Of a DNA stretch of 64,000 nt, positions 1 through 13,514 are shown piece by piece. The notes below the pieces were generated by a model. That model did no database searches. It was not told where the DNA came from and saw only the letters and a list, made by a program, of their open reading frames with translations. Positions within the stretch are counted from its first letter, which is position 1. Every line of letters begins with the position of its first letter. Both the position numbers and the translations under genes were made by a program. The DNA lies in the NCBI GenBank assembly GCA_013265495.1, contig MU058636.1:2108001-2172000 (forward strand), in the 5' to 3' direction. The DNA comes from Vicugna vicugna. Lineage: Eukaryota.

Positions 1-804
1 TCTTAGAAATGGGTACCAATATTTCAGGTGTGGTTTGATGACGCTGATCAGGTCATCATTTTCTCAGCTAACCACAATTTTTCAGCAGAGAGGCTGGATA
101 CGGCCATCACTCTGAGAGTAGAAAAAAAATCACAAAGCGCAAAGGAGAAGACAGGAAAACTAGAAAAAGCACAGCTGTTGGGACAATAATGGGTAAAAAG
201 AAGGAGCCATCTATGTAATGTCTGCAGCTACCTTGCATATTACACCATCTCTTTAAGTGATGTTGAAGGTTAATGCCACATGAGGAGAAAGAGGTCATGA
301 ATCAAAAGTACCAATTCCTCAGAAAATTCAATGGACTAGCCAATAAGAAATGTTTAGAATTACTTAGACTGTATCATTGCCAAGGGAGATATCCATGTAG
401 GAAGCCCCAGACTGCCTCATAACTTGCTGTCTTCTTTCCTGGCTCATTCACTTTCCTAATCTGACATCTTGCGATGCCTCCTTCAGAGGTCGGGTCACTC
501 TCTATATCATTTATTGTGTTTATGAAGTCCTTTAGCCCTTATTAGCAGCATTGTGTAGTATGTTTTATACAAGCTAGTGTTCCTCTTTTACCTCTAGGAC
601 AAGCTCAAGATGTTTCTTGGTTTGGTTCTAGTTGTTTCATGTTCCCCTTAATCTCCTTCCAACTAGGTTTTCAAAATCCACGGAGGTTAGGGATCATGAC
701 TTATACATTCATATCCTGCATAGTCTTGGGCAAATAAATAAGTTTGGAGCTAACGACTAATTTAATTTGCCTTCTCTCTATTGCCCTAAACAATATATTG
801 ATGT

Positions 805-945
805 ATTTTTTTCTTATGTGTGTTGGGGGTGGGGTGGGGAGGAGGTAATTAAGTCTGTTTCTTTATTTAAATGGAGGTACTGGGGATTGAACCCAGGACC
901 TCGAGCATGCTAAGCACGTAATCTACCAGTGAGCTATACCCTCCC
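805..945 (-). mobile_element. tRNA-derived SINE (Vic-1-like)
   Basis: Reverse complement GGGAGGGTATAGCTCACTGGTAGA...GGGTTCAATCCCCAGTACCTCC (A and B boxes); flanks attgat... Confidence 0.85.
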
Positions 946-2054
946 ATTGATACATTTCTTTTTGTCAGACATTCAGTGGTGGTTTTCTAAATAGATTAAT
1001 CCAACAAATATTTCTTGAGTGCACTGGAAGAGAAAAGGGATAAGCATTGCATTAAAGGGCCACGTCAATCGCTGTGGGAGCACGGAGGGAAAATGACGGT
1101 AAAACAGGAGGTTGGGTGTAGAGAAAGACATGGGAGTAAAAGTGAGTTTTAAAAGATGAGCTGGATTGTCTGGGGAAGAACCATTTGGGAAGGAAGGCTG
1201 TTCAGACAGAAGGAAAGTGCTGTGTAAGAGCAGAAGAGTCAGGGGTTGCGGTGTGTTCAGGGACTCAGGAGTGGTTTAGTGCAGTTGGGGGCTGGGGCGT
1301 GTGGGCAGGGGGAAGAGACGAGGCTGGAGAAGGAGCACGTGGAGGACCCTGTGTGCCTGGATGAGGATCGTGGGTAGTCAGGAGCCACGGCGAGATCTGA
1401 AGCGGGGGGACAACTGATTTGTCATTTAAAAAGCTCCCTCTGGAGATCTGTGAGCGGGCTGGAGCAGGGTGACAGCACAAGCGGGCAGGCTGTTGGGGCG
1501 GCTCAGCGATGGTGCCCAGGGATGATGGGCGTCAGAACATCTGCAGTGGCAGCTGATAGGGGGCAATTCAAGTGAAAATGGTCTCCCCTTTCCTCAAGTG
1601 CAAATGATACAGGCTGATAGAAACTTGTAGAAATGATCAGTGACAGTGTACTCTTAATGTCGTCTGACTTTTCTGAAAAGCATAAGATTAGCGGGAAAAG
1701 GAATCGTTGGAGGCAATCTAGAAGCAGGCAGAGGGAAAACCACATCACAGGTGACTGGAAGAGTCTGCAGGCTCGGTTTTACACCAAGGCCTTGCAGACA
1801 AGTTCTGAGGTGCCTCAGGAGGAAGGAATGAAGCTTTTCCAGTTTACAGCTATGGACTCAAGTCTCAGCCTCACCGCATGTGCGTTGTGTGACTTTGGGC
1901 AAGTAATTTAACCTCTTTGAGCCTCCATCTTCTCATCTGTAGACTGAAGACAGTCGACTTATTCTGGATTCTCACGAAGTCAGTGGGATTAAGTACTACA
2001 AGTGTCTAGTGTACAGGCGCCCACACACAAAGATACTAATTAAACACCGGTTGT

Positions 2055-2131
2055 GGGGAGGGTAGAGCTCAGTGGTAGAGCACGTGCTTAGCACTGCTGG
2101 ATCCCCAGTGCCTCTGTTACAGATAAATAAC
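2055..2131 (+). mobile_element. Vic-1-like SINE with internal deletion
   Basis: ggggagggtagagctcagtggtagagcacgtgcttagca...atccccagtgcctc, A-rich tail. Confidence 0.8.
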
Positions 2132-3734
2132 TAACTCACTGATGTCATAAGATAACGTGGCTTCTAGGAAACCCAGATCAGCCTGGCAGAAAAGGGGAAG
2201 GGACAGGACGAGGAAGCCTACAAACTTGCATAAGTATCTCTGCTATTGGCAAAGGTTTCTCCCAAGCCATCTTTGCCCAGCCGTTGCTGGACAACATTCC
2301 TTGGTCAAGGAGGTCGGGGAGGGAAGGCAGCCATGTTGGGGGCTGGAGGGAATCAAAGCAGGTAGCCCCGCACGTCTGTTACTACTGGCTGTAGGATTTG
2401 GGCTAGTCATTCCATTTTTCTCCACGTTTCGTAGTGACTGTCCTGTGTGTTGGACAGGGTTATTGTGAGGATGTGGGGAAAATGCCTCCTCGCTCCCTCC
2501 TGCTATCCGTGAATCAGACCTGTGTCCCTCCCTCGCCTGGGGCAGCTACTCCCTGAGGGGCAGGGGTCCTTGTTAAAAGATAAATGAAGGACCTTTTAAA
2601 GATGGAGGTGTTAAAGAGAGAGGCACACTTAATCCACTGTTTCCTCCATGTGTTAGCAGAAGGGTAGAAAGAATACTTTAAAACAAGGATTATCTGAGAG
2701 ACAAACAGAACCATTACTGAAAGTATTTGGGAAATGTTACCCCGGGCTTTTTCTGAAGATATAAATTTGTGGTAGAGTCGTTTCAGATTTTTCAGGAGAC
2801 TTAAAAATCATTTCCTGGTAAAAGAACGAGATAAGGAATTCTCAGTTACAACCTTGAAGCAGTGTAAGTTTCCAGGGCGGAAGAACTGATGTATTTTGCC
2901 TTCTGCCTTAGTTCCTCCTCCAGAAATGCCTCATTTTCTGAAGTCTACTGGGGAGCCTTTGTAAACAGGCTACTGAGCAAATTCCATCTTTTCCTGTAAA
3001 ACCTCAGCATGCCAGGGCTGTTTACATCTGAAGGGGCGCCAATCTGAACACTTTATGGTGCTGTCAGTGTTAGGTGTTTGGCTGACTCTTGGCACTGGGA
3101 AATTGAAATTGAGGTCTAATCTCCTTCCTAAATGGAAGCCACGTGGCCATCGCCCAGGGTAGGATTAGACCTTTTTGGATTTTGCTGCTGCACAAACTGA
3201 GGAAGCACTTGGAATATTTTCTTTAACTGGGCCTGTCTACTGTTGCTTCTCTCTGATAATTTGCAGCCTACTTCGTGTTAAAAAGCAGCTTAGGAAAACC
3301 CTGGAGAGAGAGCCAGCAGATGTGTGACTCGTGGGAAGTGGAAAAGGAAAAAGAATAATTTCCAGTGTGGGGACTTTTTCCCCTGCCTCTCCCCTCATCT
3401 TCTTCCTTCTTGGATTTCTGTCTCAGAGGTCTGGCCAGTCCGGTCATTCTCTGCGGGTCAGTGTCATCACTCGCAGCAGCTGGTGCTCCAGGAACCACCT
3501 CCCCTACGGAGGCTGTTCCAATGGTGACCTCTCAAGGGTGGCTGGCCAGTGTCCTCACCTTTGGCCTTTCCAGGAGGGACCAGACAGGCCTCCCCAGAGG
3601 GATGGGGAGAGGAGGAGGGGTCAGGGAAAGGAATGGGCTGGAGCTGCAGCAGGAGACCGGGAGGTGGAAAGCTAAACAAACAGGGAAAGAGATGTCTGAG
3701 CAGTTTCTCGTGGCTTCCCAAAGCAGCTGTTTAC

Positions 3735-3866
3735 CTTGAACGGTGAGGTAGGCTGAACTCTCCGCGGACCCCTTCTGGTTGGTGGCTTTGCAGTGATAGA
3801 TGCCTTCATCCTCTTCTGTGACTCTTTCAATAAACAGCGTGCTGCTTCCTGGTCCTAAAATAATTC
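3735..3866 (-). CDS. FLT1: FLT1 exon 15 (132 bp), Ig-like domain 7
   Basis: cactcctcag|GAATT...GTTCAAG|gtaaac; GIILGPGSSTLFIERVTEEDEGIYHCKATNQKGSAESSAYLTVQ. Confidence 0.97.
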
Positions 3867-4637
3867 CTGAGGAGTGAGAGGTGTTTAGATTAGTGAGCCT
3901 GGATGGCAAACAATAACAGGTACTTCTGTAACACAGCCCTCTTCCGATCATTATGCCTTCAGACGAGGAAATCCGAGCTCTGGTCCAGGTGCCTCGGACC
4001 TGGACCAGGTCTGCTTTTTTGTTTTCTCTCGTCTGGGCTTTTTTTTTTTAAAAGCACCTTCACCACTGAGGCAGAGCTCTGAGCCCTGGGTTTGGAGATG
4101 GAGACCGGCCCCGGGCCACTCACTGTGCAGAAAGACACGATGGGGCTGCCGTCCCCGACTGGAGAGAGCAAACATCGAGGAGGCGGCGCCTCTAACCACG
4201 TAACTACCGCTTCCTCAGCGCCTGCCGGGGCCAGGCACGGCTCTGGGCGCCACCTGTCTCCTGGCGCCCACCCTGTGAGGTGTCCTTGTCCCTCTGACAG
4301 GCGGGGAGACTGAGGTTTGGCAAGGTTCAGGCGCTGCCCCCCAGAGTACGCAGCTGGACAGAAAGCACTCTGTGGCCCAGAGCTGGAAGCCAGTCCCGTT
4401 TCGCTCACAGCGGGAAAGAGCTCGGGCTGGGCTTCCAGCCGGGTCTCACCGCCTGTGGCTCTGTCCCTTTAGGCGAGTTCCTTAACCTTTCTCAGCTTCC
4501 GCTTCCTCGGTCTTCGGATGAAAATGAAAGCAGTTTCTACTCCATCAATGGGAAAATGAACAGCAAGTGCCCAGCACATAGTAGGTGCTCGGTAAATACA
4601 GGGTTATTTTTGAGGAGGGAAAATTAACTCATACCAA

Positions 4638-4663
4638 ACACACACACACACACACACACACAC
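4638..4663. repeat. (AC)13 microsatellite
   Basis: Read directly. Confidence 0.95.
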
Positions 4664-5179
4664 GCTCTGTCACAGACACACACCTACACCAGCAAACAGA
4701 AAAATGTTCAACAAGTGAGAATGAACACGTGTAAGCGAGCACACCCAATTAAAGGCAAAGCCCGGGCAGGGAGATCAGTAAGAACAGTAATAATCAGGGA
4801 AGGCAGCCTGGAGGAGGCAGGCCTTGAGTTGAGGTCTCAAGGATTATCAGAGGTGATGAGAAAAATGGGGGCATTGATAAAAGGCATGACTCTGAAAGGA
4901 ACAGGCCCTGAATGCTCGTTCTGGAATAAAATGGGCCTGACCAGAACAGCGGCTGTATTATTTTGTTACTTTAAATAGCTTGTACCTTCCTGATTATAAA
5001 AAATAAATTCAATATAGAAAACTTGAGAAATACAGGCAAGCAGAAAGAAAATGTAGAAATACAGACAAGCCCGCAGTCTCCCCTCCGGTCAGCTCTGCAC
5101 TCGTCTGCTTGAGGAGGACGTTTTTGCACAGCTTTGTTTATTGACGTCATACTTATTTTTTTTCCAGTTGTTGTTTAAA

Positions 5180-6400
5180 TATATATTTTGAGCTCCACCA
5201 TGTACTAGACACGATTCCAGAGGCTGGTCATGTGATAATAAGCCAGGCAAATAAATCCTTGCCTACAAAGGGCTTAAGTTATAGTCTGGGAGAAGTAAAA
5301 GTGAAGGATGTCACTTCAAGGAGCCAAATAGTCTCTGAGGAAAATAAATGGGGTGAAGGGGGTCACGAGTTAAGGAGGGCGGGGAGGCTGCTTTGGGTGG
5401 GGTGTCCGGGGAGGTGGCACAGGGAGTAACCTGTGTGAAGCCCATGGGGCGGGAAGGAGCTTGCTGAGGGAAAGATACGGCGGCTCTGTCCTGGAGCGAC
5501 CGTGGGAAGAGCTGGGAGTTGGTGGCCTCGGGGATCTGTTTGAAGGCTTGCTTTTGTATTAGCTTGCGGTACATAAAAGAGTAGTAAGTGTCTGACTTCA
5601 CGGTTGATGGCTTGAACCAAGGAGAATGGTGGTCCCTCTCCTGTGGGGCCAGGTGTGAGAGAGGAAAGGCCAGAGTTCTGTCTCGTGCACACCAAGTTTG
5701 AGGGACCCACGACACATCCAAAGGAGGTTTCACGGGGGCTCAGGGAGGAGATCAGGGCTGGAGACCGTAAAGTGGAATCAACATTCGGGAGGCAAGTGAA
5801 GCTGTGGGAACAGAAACAGACCTCATGGGAAGTGAGTGCAGGGAGGGCCGACAGCAGGTCTGAAGGCTGAGCTGCAGGAACTTAGAGGAAGCAGAAGAGG
5901 AAACAGCAGAGACTAAGACGGACTAGCCCCGCAGGTTGCAAGGAAACCAGGAGACCGTGATTCCTGGAGCGCGAGGGAAGAGGTCCCAGAGGGGGAAGAC
6001 GGTCAGTGGCGCTGAGGGCCGGAGAGGAGAGGTTACTCACCGCTGGGTTTGACAATGAGCCAGTTCAGTGAAGTCTGGGAGCAAAAGCATGATTGATGTC
6101 ACTTAAAGAGAAGACAGGAGGTGATGAGTCGAGCTGGTTAGGAGGTTACTTTCATGGAGGCAGCTGGAGATCAACAGGGGATCAAGGAATGAATTCTGTT
6201 TTCAAATGTGGAATTTTACAGCATGTATATGTGCTGATAGGAATAATCCGGGAGGAAGAGATTGGTAGAGAAAATGAGAAGAGAAGGAACCACGCCTGGA
6301 GTGGCTTCCTGAAGAAGTGAGAGAGGACGGAATTCAGTGGCCAAATTGGCTTTGGGAAGAAGTAGGGATAAATAGTTCACCTCAACAGAAAGGATGGCTA
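5180..6400 (-). mobile_element. Ancient L2-like remnant
   Basis: Purine-rich degenerate L2-type sequence starting ttttgagctccaccatgtactagac...tagtctgggaga; boundaries uncertain. Confidence 0.5.
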
Positions 6401-6595
6401 AGCATAAAGGGACCGGTAGATTGGACAATTTGGTGATGTATTTTCTCAGTAGATAAGAGGTCCTCATTTGTTTCAGTTGAGGAAGAGGAAGGAATTTTGA
6501 AGCTTTCAAGAGAGAGAAAAAGGTGTGAAAGAGTGTGCTGGGAGAGAAAGACAAATTCAGAACAATTTGGAGAAAGGAGAAATGTTTACAACGTT

Positions 6596-6717
6596 ATTTT
6601 TGGAGGGGGGAGGTAATTAGGTTTATTTATTTATTTTGATGGAGGTACTGGGGATTGAACCCACAACCTTGTGCATGCTAAGCATACACTCTACCACTGA
6701 GCTATATACCTCCTTCC
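6596..6717 (-). mobile_element. Vic-1-like SINE
   Basis: Full tRNA head and tail; degenerate TSD tacaacgtta/tacaacttta. Confidence 0.88.
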
Positions 6718-7051
6718 ATCTACAACTTTAAATACTGATTCCTGCCCCCCCAATATCATAGCATAAGTGTTCTCCCATGGCCTTACATGCTTTGAATATG
6801 ATGGTTCATTATATGTATGTCCCTGCTGATTGGTATGAGGTTATACCTAATTGCTTGTAACTGCAAGTAACAGTGCCATTGTGTCTTTAGGCATAAAGAT
6901 TCTTCTATATTTCAGACTATTTCCTTAGGATAGATTTATAGAAACAGATCTATTGAGTCAAAAGCTCTTGACTCATAATCAAACTGCCTTCCAAAAAGAT
7001 TATACCCTTTAACACTTTTTTGTTGTTGCTGTTGGTTACTTTTTCATACTC

Positions 7052-7152
7052 TTTTTTAAAGTCTTTAATTAATTAATTATTTTGTTGGGGGAGGTAATTA
7101 GCTTTGTTTATTTATTTATTTATTTGTTTGTTTGTTTGTTTATTTATTTATA
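7052..7152 (-). mobile_element. Vic-1-like SINE tail only, with (TTTA/TTTG)n
   Basis: gggggaggtaattag...tttatttatt motif shared with other copies; head absent. Confidence 0.65.
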
Positions 7153-8236
7153 CATTCTCCTGCCAGGACTGAGCAGTATCATCTACAAAATATAAAACAC
7201 AAAATTTTGTTGATTTCCTAGATAAAAATGATTACTGTCTTAATTTGTATTTTGGGGGGCACAACCTTTCATGTGTCTGTTAGCCGTTTTTATTTTCAAT
7301 GACAGCACCTGTTTTGAGTATTTGTCAGGGAAAGGTGATCTCAGATGGAGAGCTTTGAAATCCTGGCTGAGGAGTTTCCATTCAATGTAGAAGGAAAGAG
7401 AGGGTCACAAAGATTTTTGAGGGAAATGACATAATGACAGTGATGTTTAAGGAAGTTTAGTCTAGAAGGAGAATGCAGGATGGATTGGAATGAGGAAAAA
7501 TGGGTCTCTGGCAGTCCAGCTCACCAGTTGTAATTCAGGCAGGGAATGAGGAGGCTCCAAACCTGGAGGATGGGAAAGGAAGTGGAGGGGAAGGAATGGA
7601 AACAGACCCTTTGTAGAAACAACCTATAGGGATTGGTGCTTCTGGATCCAGGAATATAGACAGATGAGTCCAAGATGATTCCAGGAAAACATGAGAGCTC
7701 TCCCCTGTAACCTTGGCTAAATCGTTTAGTCCTTTTGGGGCTGTTTTCTCATTAGTTGGAAAAAAACAAAAAAAAACCCAAAACAACCTGCTTTACCTAT
7801 TTCATGGTATTGCTTTGAGGATCAACTGAAAGAATTTAAGTGAAAGCTTTGAAAAGTTTAAGAGAGTAGAAGTGGCGACCACAGGAAGCGAAAGCGTGGC
7901 TGGGTAGTGGGCGGTCAGGGCAGTGAACACGTAGATGACCCGCAGTCCTCTCCACTGTCAAACAAGTTTCTGTCGCTCAGATCTCCACTTGTAAGGCTAA
8001 CAGCACGAACAAGTAAAGCCAGAGGACCTGGATTTCACCCAGGGAGACAGATGTGTCATTGTGGAGGTGAGAGGGTGGTGCCACGGATGCTGGTGAGCTG
8101 ACATCGTCTGGCACAGGTCCTTCTTTCCGTCACTGGGAGGAGCGGAGATGGGGCGCGAGGGGGTCCAAAGTCAACAAGCACAGCTCCTCTTTCTGACTTT
8201 GCCTCACTCTGTGCTGCTGTAACAAAGGATGGCTGA

Positions 8237-8397
8237 GGGGGAGCGTATAGCTCAAGTGGTAGAGTGCATGCTTAGCATGCACAAGGTCCTGGGTTCAGTT
8301 CTTACTACCTCCTCTTAAAATAAATAAACATTTAAAAATATATTTAACCCCCCACAAAGAAAAACAAAAAAAAATTTTTTTAACTTAAAAAAAAAAA
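8237..8397 (+). mobile_element. Vic-1-like SINE
   Basis: gggggagcgtatagctcaagtggtagagtgcatgcttagcatgcacaaggtcctgggttc plus A-rich tail. Confidence 0.88.
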
Positions 8398-8676
8398 GAT
8401 GAACTCAAGGGATCCACGTGGGAGCGTCAGCATCAGCTGGGCCACAAAACAGCACTCTGCACTCTCCAGAGACACACTTCTGTGCAGCCAAGCACACAAG
8501 CGGGCCTGAGAAGGCAGTGGTGCCTCTGGAGAGAGGGACGAAGAGTGGGGACAGTACAAATTTCATACATATAAAAGGGGTGGGGTGGGGTCTAAAGCAA
8601 ATATGGCCAAATGCTGACATCTGATTATCTTGATGATGGGTTATAGTTTTCCTACACTTTTCAAATCTTTGAAGGT

Positions 8677-8705
8677 GGGGAGGGTGTAGCTCAGTGGTAG
8701 AATAC
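8677..8705 (+). mobile_element. Vic-1-like SINE 5' fragment
   Basis: gggagggtgtagctcagtggtagaa then similarity stops. Confidence 0.6.
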
Positions 8706-8791
8706 CTGTTAAAGTCAGAAAAGTGTTTTTCTGCCAGTTGGAGAATAGCTAAATAAAGTATGGGGACACATGCCACATTATAGTGGATGGC

Positions 8792-9207
8792 TGCTGCATT
8801 TGCAGCAGCATGGGTGGACTCAGAGCTGGTCATACTAGACGAAGTAAGTCAGAGAAGGATAAACATCATGATTTCACTTATATGTGCAATCTAAAAAACT
8901 GACACAAATGAATTTATTTACAAGAAGACTCACAGACATAGAAAACAAACTTATGGTTACCAGGGGAAAAGGGGAAGGGGAGGGATAAATCGGAAGTTTT
9001 GGATTTGCAGAAACTGACTACTATATATAAAACAGATAAACAACTATGTCCTTCTCTGGAGCACAGGGAACTATATTCAGTATCTTGTGATAATCTATAA
9101 TGAAAAAGAATATATATATACATATAACTGAATCACTGTGAGGTACACCAGAAATCAACACAACATTGTAATCAACTATACTTCAATAAAAAATAAAAAT
9201 AAGAAAA
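8792..9207 (+). mobile_element. L1 3' end (artiodactyl-type 3'UTR) inserted in an older L1M remnant
   Basis: agactcacagacatagaaaacaaacttatggttacc...agcacagggaactatattca...cttcaataaaaaa; flanks tatagtggatggct/tatagcaaatggct. Confidence 0.85.
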
Positions 9208-10182
9208 TATAGCAAATGGCTCCTAAGAGAGTGAGGCAGACAATATATCCCAACAACGAAAGACCTTCAGGATACATAGCAGTAAAAGCAAGTCACAATA
9301 CAGAGTATGATCTCACTCAGGTTTTCCTTAGGCTGCTTCCCCACGCAGCCCTGCTGCAATCCATTACCTCGTTTTGTTCATCACGGCAGGTATTTCTATG
9401 TAATTGTATGCTATATGCTTATAGTTCTGTTCATTAAATTTACTACCTGTGCTTTTCCATTAGAAAGTAAATTCAAGGTGCCTGATTTGTTTCCAGCACC
9501 TCATGTGTTCCTGCCACAGAGCTGGCTCTCAGTGAACAGCTCCTGAATGCATGAGTGAATGACTCCTGCCTGTCATTTGCCCCACATACAGCTAAGCCCC
9601 ACGGCTGCATGTATGCACATGTATAGGTGCAAAATGGAAAACTCTTTGACAACATACACATCAAACAGCTAGCATGTGTAATTCTCCATAATGGAAATCT
9701 TTATAGCTTATTCTATTTTGGTACTATGTGATCTTTTACAACAAAAACGTATTCTTGTACTATTTATTTAATGAAAATAAATGACAGTAGTTTTAAAAAT
9801 GAAATTGTAGTCCTCTTTATGATCAGCAAAGAGACACCGAATGAAAGTTTAATGGATCCAAATATGTATACATTTGCAAAACTTTATAATATTGACTATG
9901 GAATGATGAAATGTTTTTGAAGCAAGAAAAGCAGATTTCTGCTTCATAATAAATTATAATTTTGGATTAAAGCAATAAGAGGACAAACCAAAACCTATTC
10001 CATTAGAAGACTAGCCCCTATGGAATGTGTGTGTGTGTTTGATTTTTCACTGATAGTTTAATTATGACAGAGTCAAATGAGATGGCTGCTTAAGCTAATA
10101 TATAACCTTATTGTTTAAGACATCTAAGTAACAGATTATGCAAAAATCAAGCTTATCACCTGAATGTGGAGTGGAGGAGGAA

Positions 10183-10281
10183 TTTTTTTTTTTTTAGTTG
10201 AAGTACAGTCAGTTACAGTGTGTCAGTTTCTGGTGTACAGCACAATGTCCTAGTTAGGCATATACTTAGATATATTTGTTT
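10183..10281 (-). mobile_element. Short L1 3' end
   Basis: poly-T then gttgaagtacagtcagttacagtgtgtcagtttctggtgtacagc. Confidence 0.75.
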
Positions 10282-10969
10282 GGAGTGAACTTCCTTGATT
10301 TGACTTTTTCCAGCAGCAATTTAGTCATGCAAATGATGGGCTGAGCTTAAGGTCATCTGAGAATTTATTTGTGTGCATATTTTCCTTAATTGAATTAGGC
10401 ACAGTGGTGACCCCAGCTACTTTGCCTTGTGTTACTTTAAGTCCTGGTTAAGCTGTTTAAAGTTTGTACTTGGCGGCAGGTGGGGCTTCCATGCAAATCC
10501 TGGACTCGTGAGACAGAAAAACCTCATCTAATTATTTTGCCGAGAGATTAGAGGAGAAAACTTATCTAGGTAGTATCTGAGTTTTCTTTCTTAGTCACCC
10601 AGGCTTCCGTGTAAGCAGGAAATTGTGGATTGGGGTTGGAGAGCCCCTTCCACTCCAAGAGCCCAGATGGTGGATCTTAGTTTTGGAGTTAGTGACGTTG
10701 GACGGGGCACAGTCCCTGACGGTCTCTGCGATGACTCCTGGGAGAGTCGGCCCTCCCTCCTCCCCCTCATATTCCATACATTTCTCGTCTCTTTGTTTTT
10801 CTTCATTCCCTATTTCCCTCTGCTCCTGGCTTCACAGACATTGACTGCTCTTCCGACAAAGCAGGCTTCTGATTGTGGCCATGCTCAAAGTACAGTTCTG
10901 TGTGTCACAAAAGGTCACAGAAAAGGATCAAAAGAGGAGGTTAATTCACAGTCGAAAGGGAAGAGTCGT

Positions 10970-11135
10970 AATGGGTCTGAGGTTTCCGTTTGAGGTGACG
11001 AACAAGTCCTGAAATTAGATAGTGGTGTGATGGTCTAACAACACTGTGAATATACATAGTGTCCCTGAATTGTGCACTTTTAAAGAGTACGGTGGTAAAA
11101 TTTGTTTTGTGTATTTTGCCACAATTTTTTTTTAA
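10970..11135 (+). mobile_element. Old L1 (L1MB-like) 3' end
   Basis: gtcctgaaattagatagtggtg...actgtgaatat...tgaattgtgcactttta...tattttgccacaat. Confidence 0.7.
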
Positions 11136-13514
11136 AGGAAGCGGCTCTTTCTAAAGTGATGCCCCCATTTGCAAGATCTCTCCCATTTCTTAGGTTCCAA
11201 GTTTTTCATTTGAAAACTCAAGATGACTTCTAAAAAGGCACCCAGTTGAACTCGACTAACAAGGGACCCTGTTATTTATATAAATGAGTCTGTGCCAGCT
11301 GGACTGTGATCCTCAGCCGGGTCCTGCTGTAGCGAACAGCTTTCAGGAGGATTTTCTGGGCTGAACGGGGATGAGGATGTTGGCTGGAAAATGCATCCAA
11401 AAAGCTTTTTTGGGGGCAAAGCATTAGGATATGATGCTGTGTATGTATATGCAAGACCTCAGTACAGTGGAACTTGACAATAAAAAGAGGTATATTTACG
11501 GGTGTCAGGATTGAGTCTTCATAAGTAACTTTCTATTTCCAATACAAAATGGGATTCTACTCCTGGGCTACGTTACTTTTCTGGGTGTAAACCCTACAGC
11601 TCCACTGCCCAATGTGGGTCAGTCTCACAGAACTAGCCAAATGTTAACAAGTCGTTGCAAAAAGTGCAGAAGGTAACTGTCTCCACTGTTTTCTCACCGA
11701 TTGGAGCAGTGGTTAGGGTCCAGGGGTCCTCTTTTGTCTGGGGCTGGGCTTGTAGCTCTCGACTCTGGTGATGCCAACCAAAGAACTGTGTTCCCTGCTG
11801 TTCCCTCAACTCCACTCCTTAATTGCAGTGCTTTCTCCTCACCTTCTAAATGGAAGTTTATTCCCAGAAAGGGACTGAGCCTTAGCTCTGCCAGTTGTTC
11901 AGGATGTCCTTTGTGCTTCGGTGGCTGTTAGAGGAACAACTAAACCTTGAGACGCTTCTGCAAGGGAGAAGAGCACCTGGTATAGCTTCTAGTGAAGCTT
12001 GGCCCTTCTTGGTCTGGGTGCCTAGACCTCCTCACCTTAAAGGCACGTTGAAGAGGAAGGAGTGATGTGATTGGCTGCTTAGTCAGTCACCAGCAGCCAA
12101 TCACGTGAGCAGACTGACGGGCTTAGCGAGGGTAACAGCAGCCGGCCTCCCCTTCCATGCACTGCCCCGCGTGTGCCTGGGGATCCTGTACTCATTTTTT
12201 TTCCTGAAACGTTTCTTAATTCATTTTGCACTCTCAGGGTAGATGTCATGAGGAAGAAAAGGCAATTACTACCCAAGTTTTGCAAAAGGTAATTGATATT
12301 TCTGAATTTTATTACTCTAGGAAATCAAGCTCGAATAGCCTGAGAGTGACAGTCAGTTTATGAGCCTTACAACGTCCTCATCCGTCTTTCTCCTGCTTTT
12401 CCTCAGGATCTTTCCATGATCTCTGTCAGCCACCTTGCAATTCAGCTGTAATTCTGTCCCCCCGGGTACTAGGACAGGAGGGCACCCTGATCTGAATATG
12501 TGCCTCCAAGTACAGGTATTTGGTGTCAGTGCTACAGTGATGACAGGAAAGATGTCCCTTTCAGATCATTAAATAAACAGTCCTAGTGACCAAGATCCCA
12601 CTTAGGAAGGAGGAGTGATCAGTGGGCTCAAGTGATTCTCTCCTGTTCCAGCCTTCATCTAGTCAAGACAGAATTTATGCTTCCTAAACACTTTGTGGTT
12701 CCAATTCTACTGCTTTAATCTTAAAATATTCTGAAAATGTTCTGCCGTCCTAGAAATTTTGATGATGATTTCTCGGTTCAGGTGGACTTGACTCAAACAG
12801 CTCAGGTCACATTGCCTTCTGTTCTCTTAAATATTTTCAGAGAAGAAGAATTCGTGATTTTTTTCAGCATTTGAATGGCTTTTTCCCCAGGAACCCCATT
12901 TTCTCTGTACCATCATTTGGGAGCTGGTGCTTGCTTGCATCACTTCATGTAGAGCCAAGCCAGACGCCTCCTGCCACCTCTGCTTTGCAAACTGACCTTG
13001 ATCCCTTCCAGCGTTGCTCCAAAGTCAGTGGCCAGCAGCTCCACTCGCAGTGCTAACTCAGCTCTGTCACAACTTTGAACACTTTTAGGGCCTCATTGGA
13101 GAATCTGGGAAAAGTGTGAGCTAGAAAGGTGACTTTCTGATCATTTGGTGGGGGGAACTGCCAGTCCCTTGGGCAGGCGGCTGGAGAGAAATGAAGACAC
13201 CCAGGGGAGGCAGCTGTTCTCCCAGGTGACTTCAGACTACTGTCCCAAGTCTGGGTGCAAACCCTTAAAATGTTCAGCCCGACAGAAAGAATGTTCCTAA
13301 AGGAGCTTTGTTGTCAGTATACTCCTAAGAATCAAACTGTGCTCAAAGCAGCCACTGGCAGGTAGGATTCGTCTCTGGCTGAGAGTGCTCAGGGTGCGTT
13401 TTTGGAACTGGTCCTTCCACATCACGTTTTTCTTTCAAGTCTGGTCCTTCATACTATACTCACTTTAGCTGGCTCCTCTTTTCACCTGTCTCCTCAAAGT
13501 AACACTGTTGTCTT

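Noticed and set aside
8677..9207. Possible SINE-L1 chimeric retrotranscript
   Set aside because: The L1 has its own flanking duplication and sits in an older L1M remnant, so these are independent events
12760..12770. gatgatgat as a remnant of the poly-Ser e15a exon
   Set aside because: Only three units, with no supporting acceptor or flanking similarity
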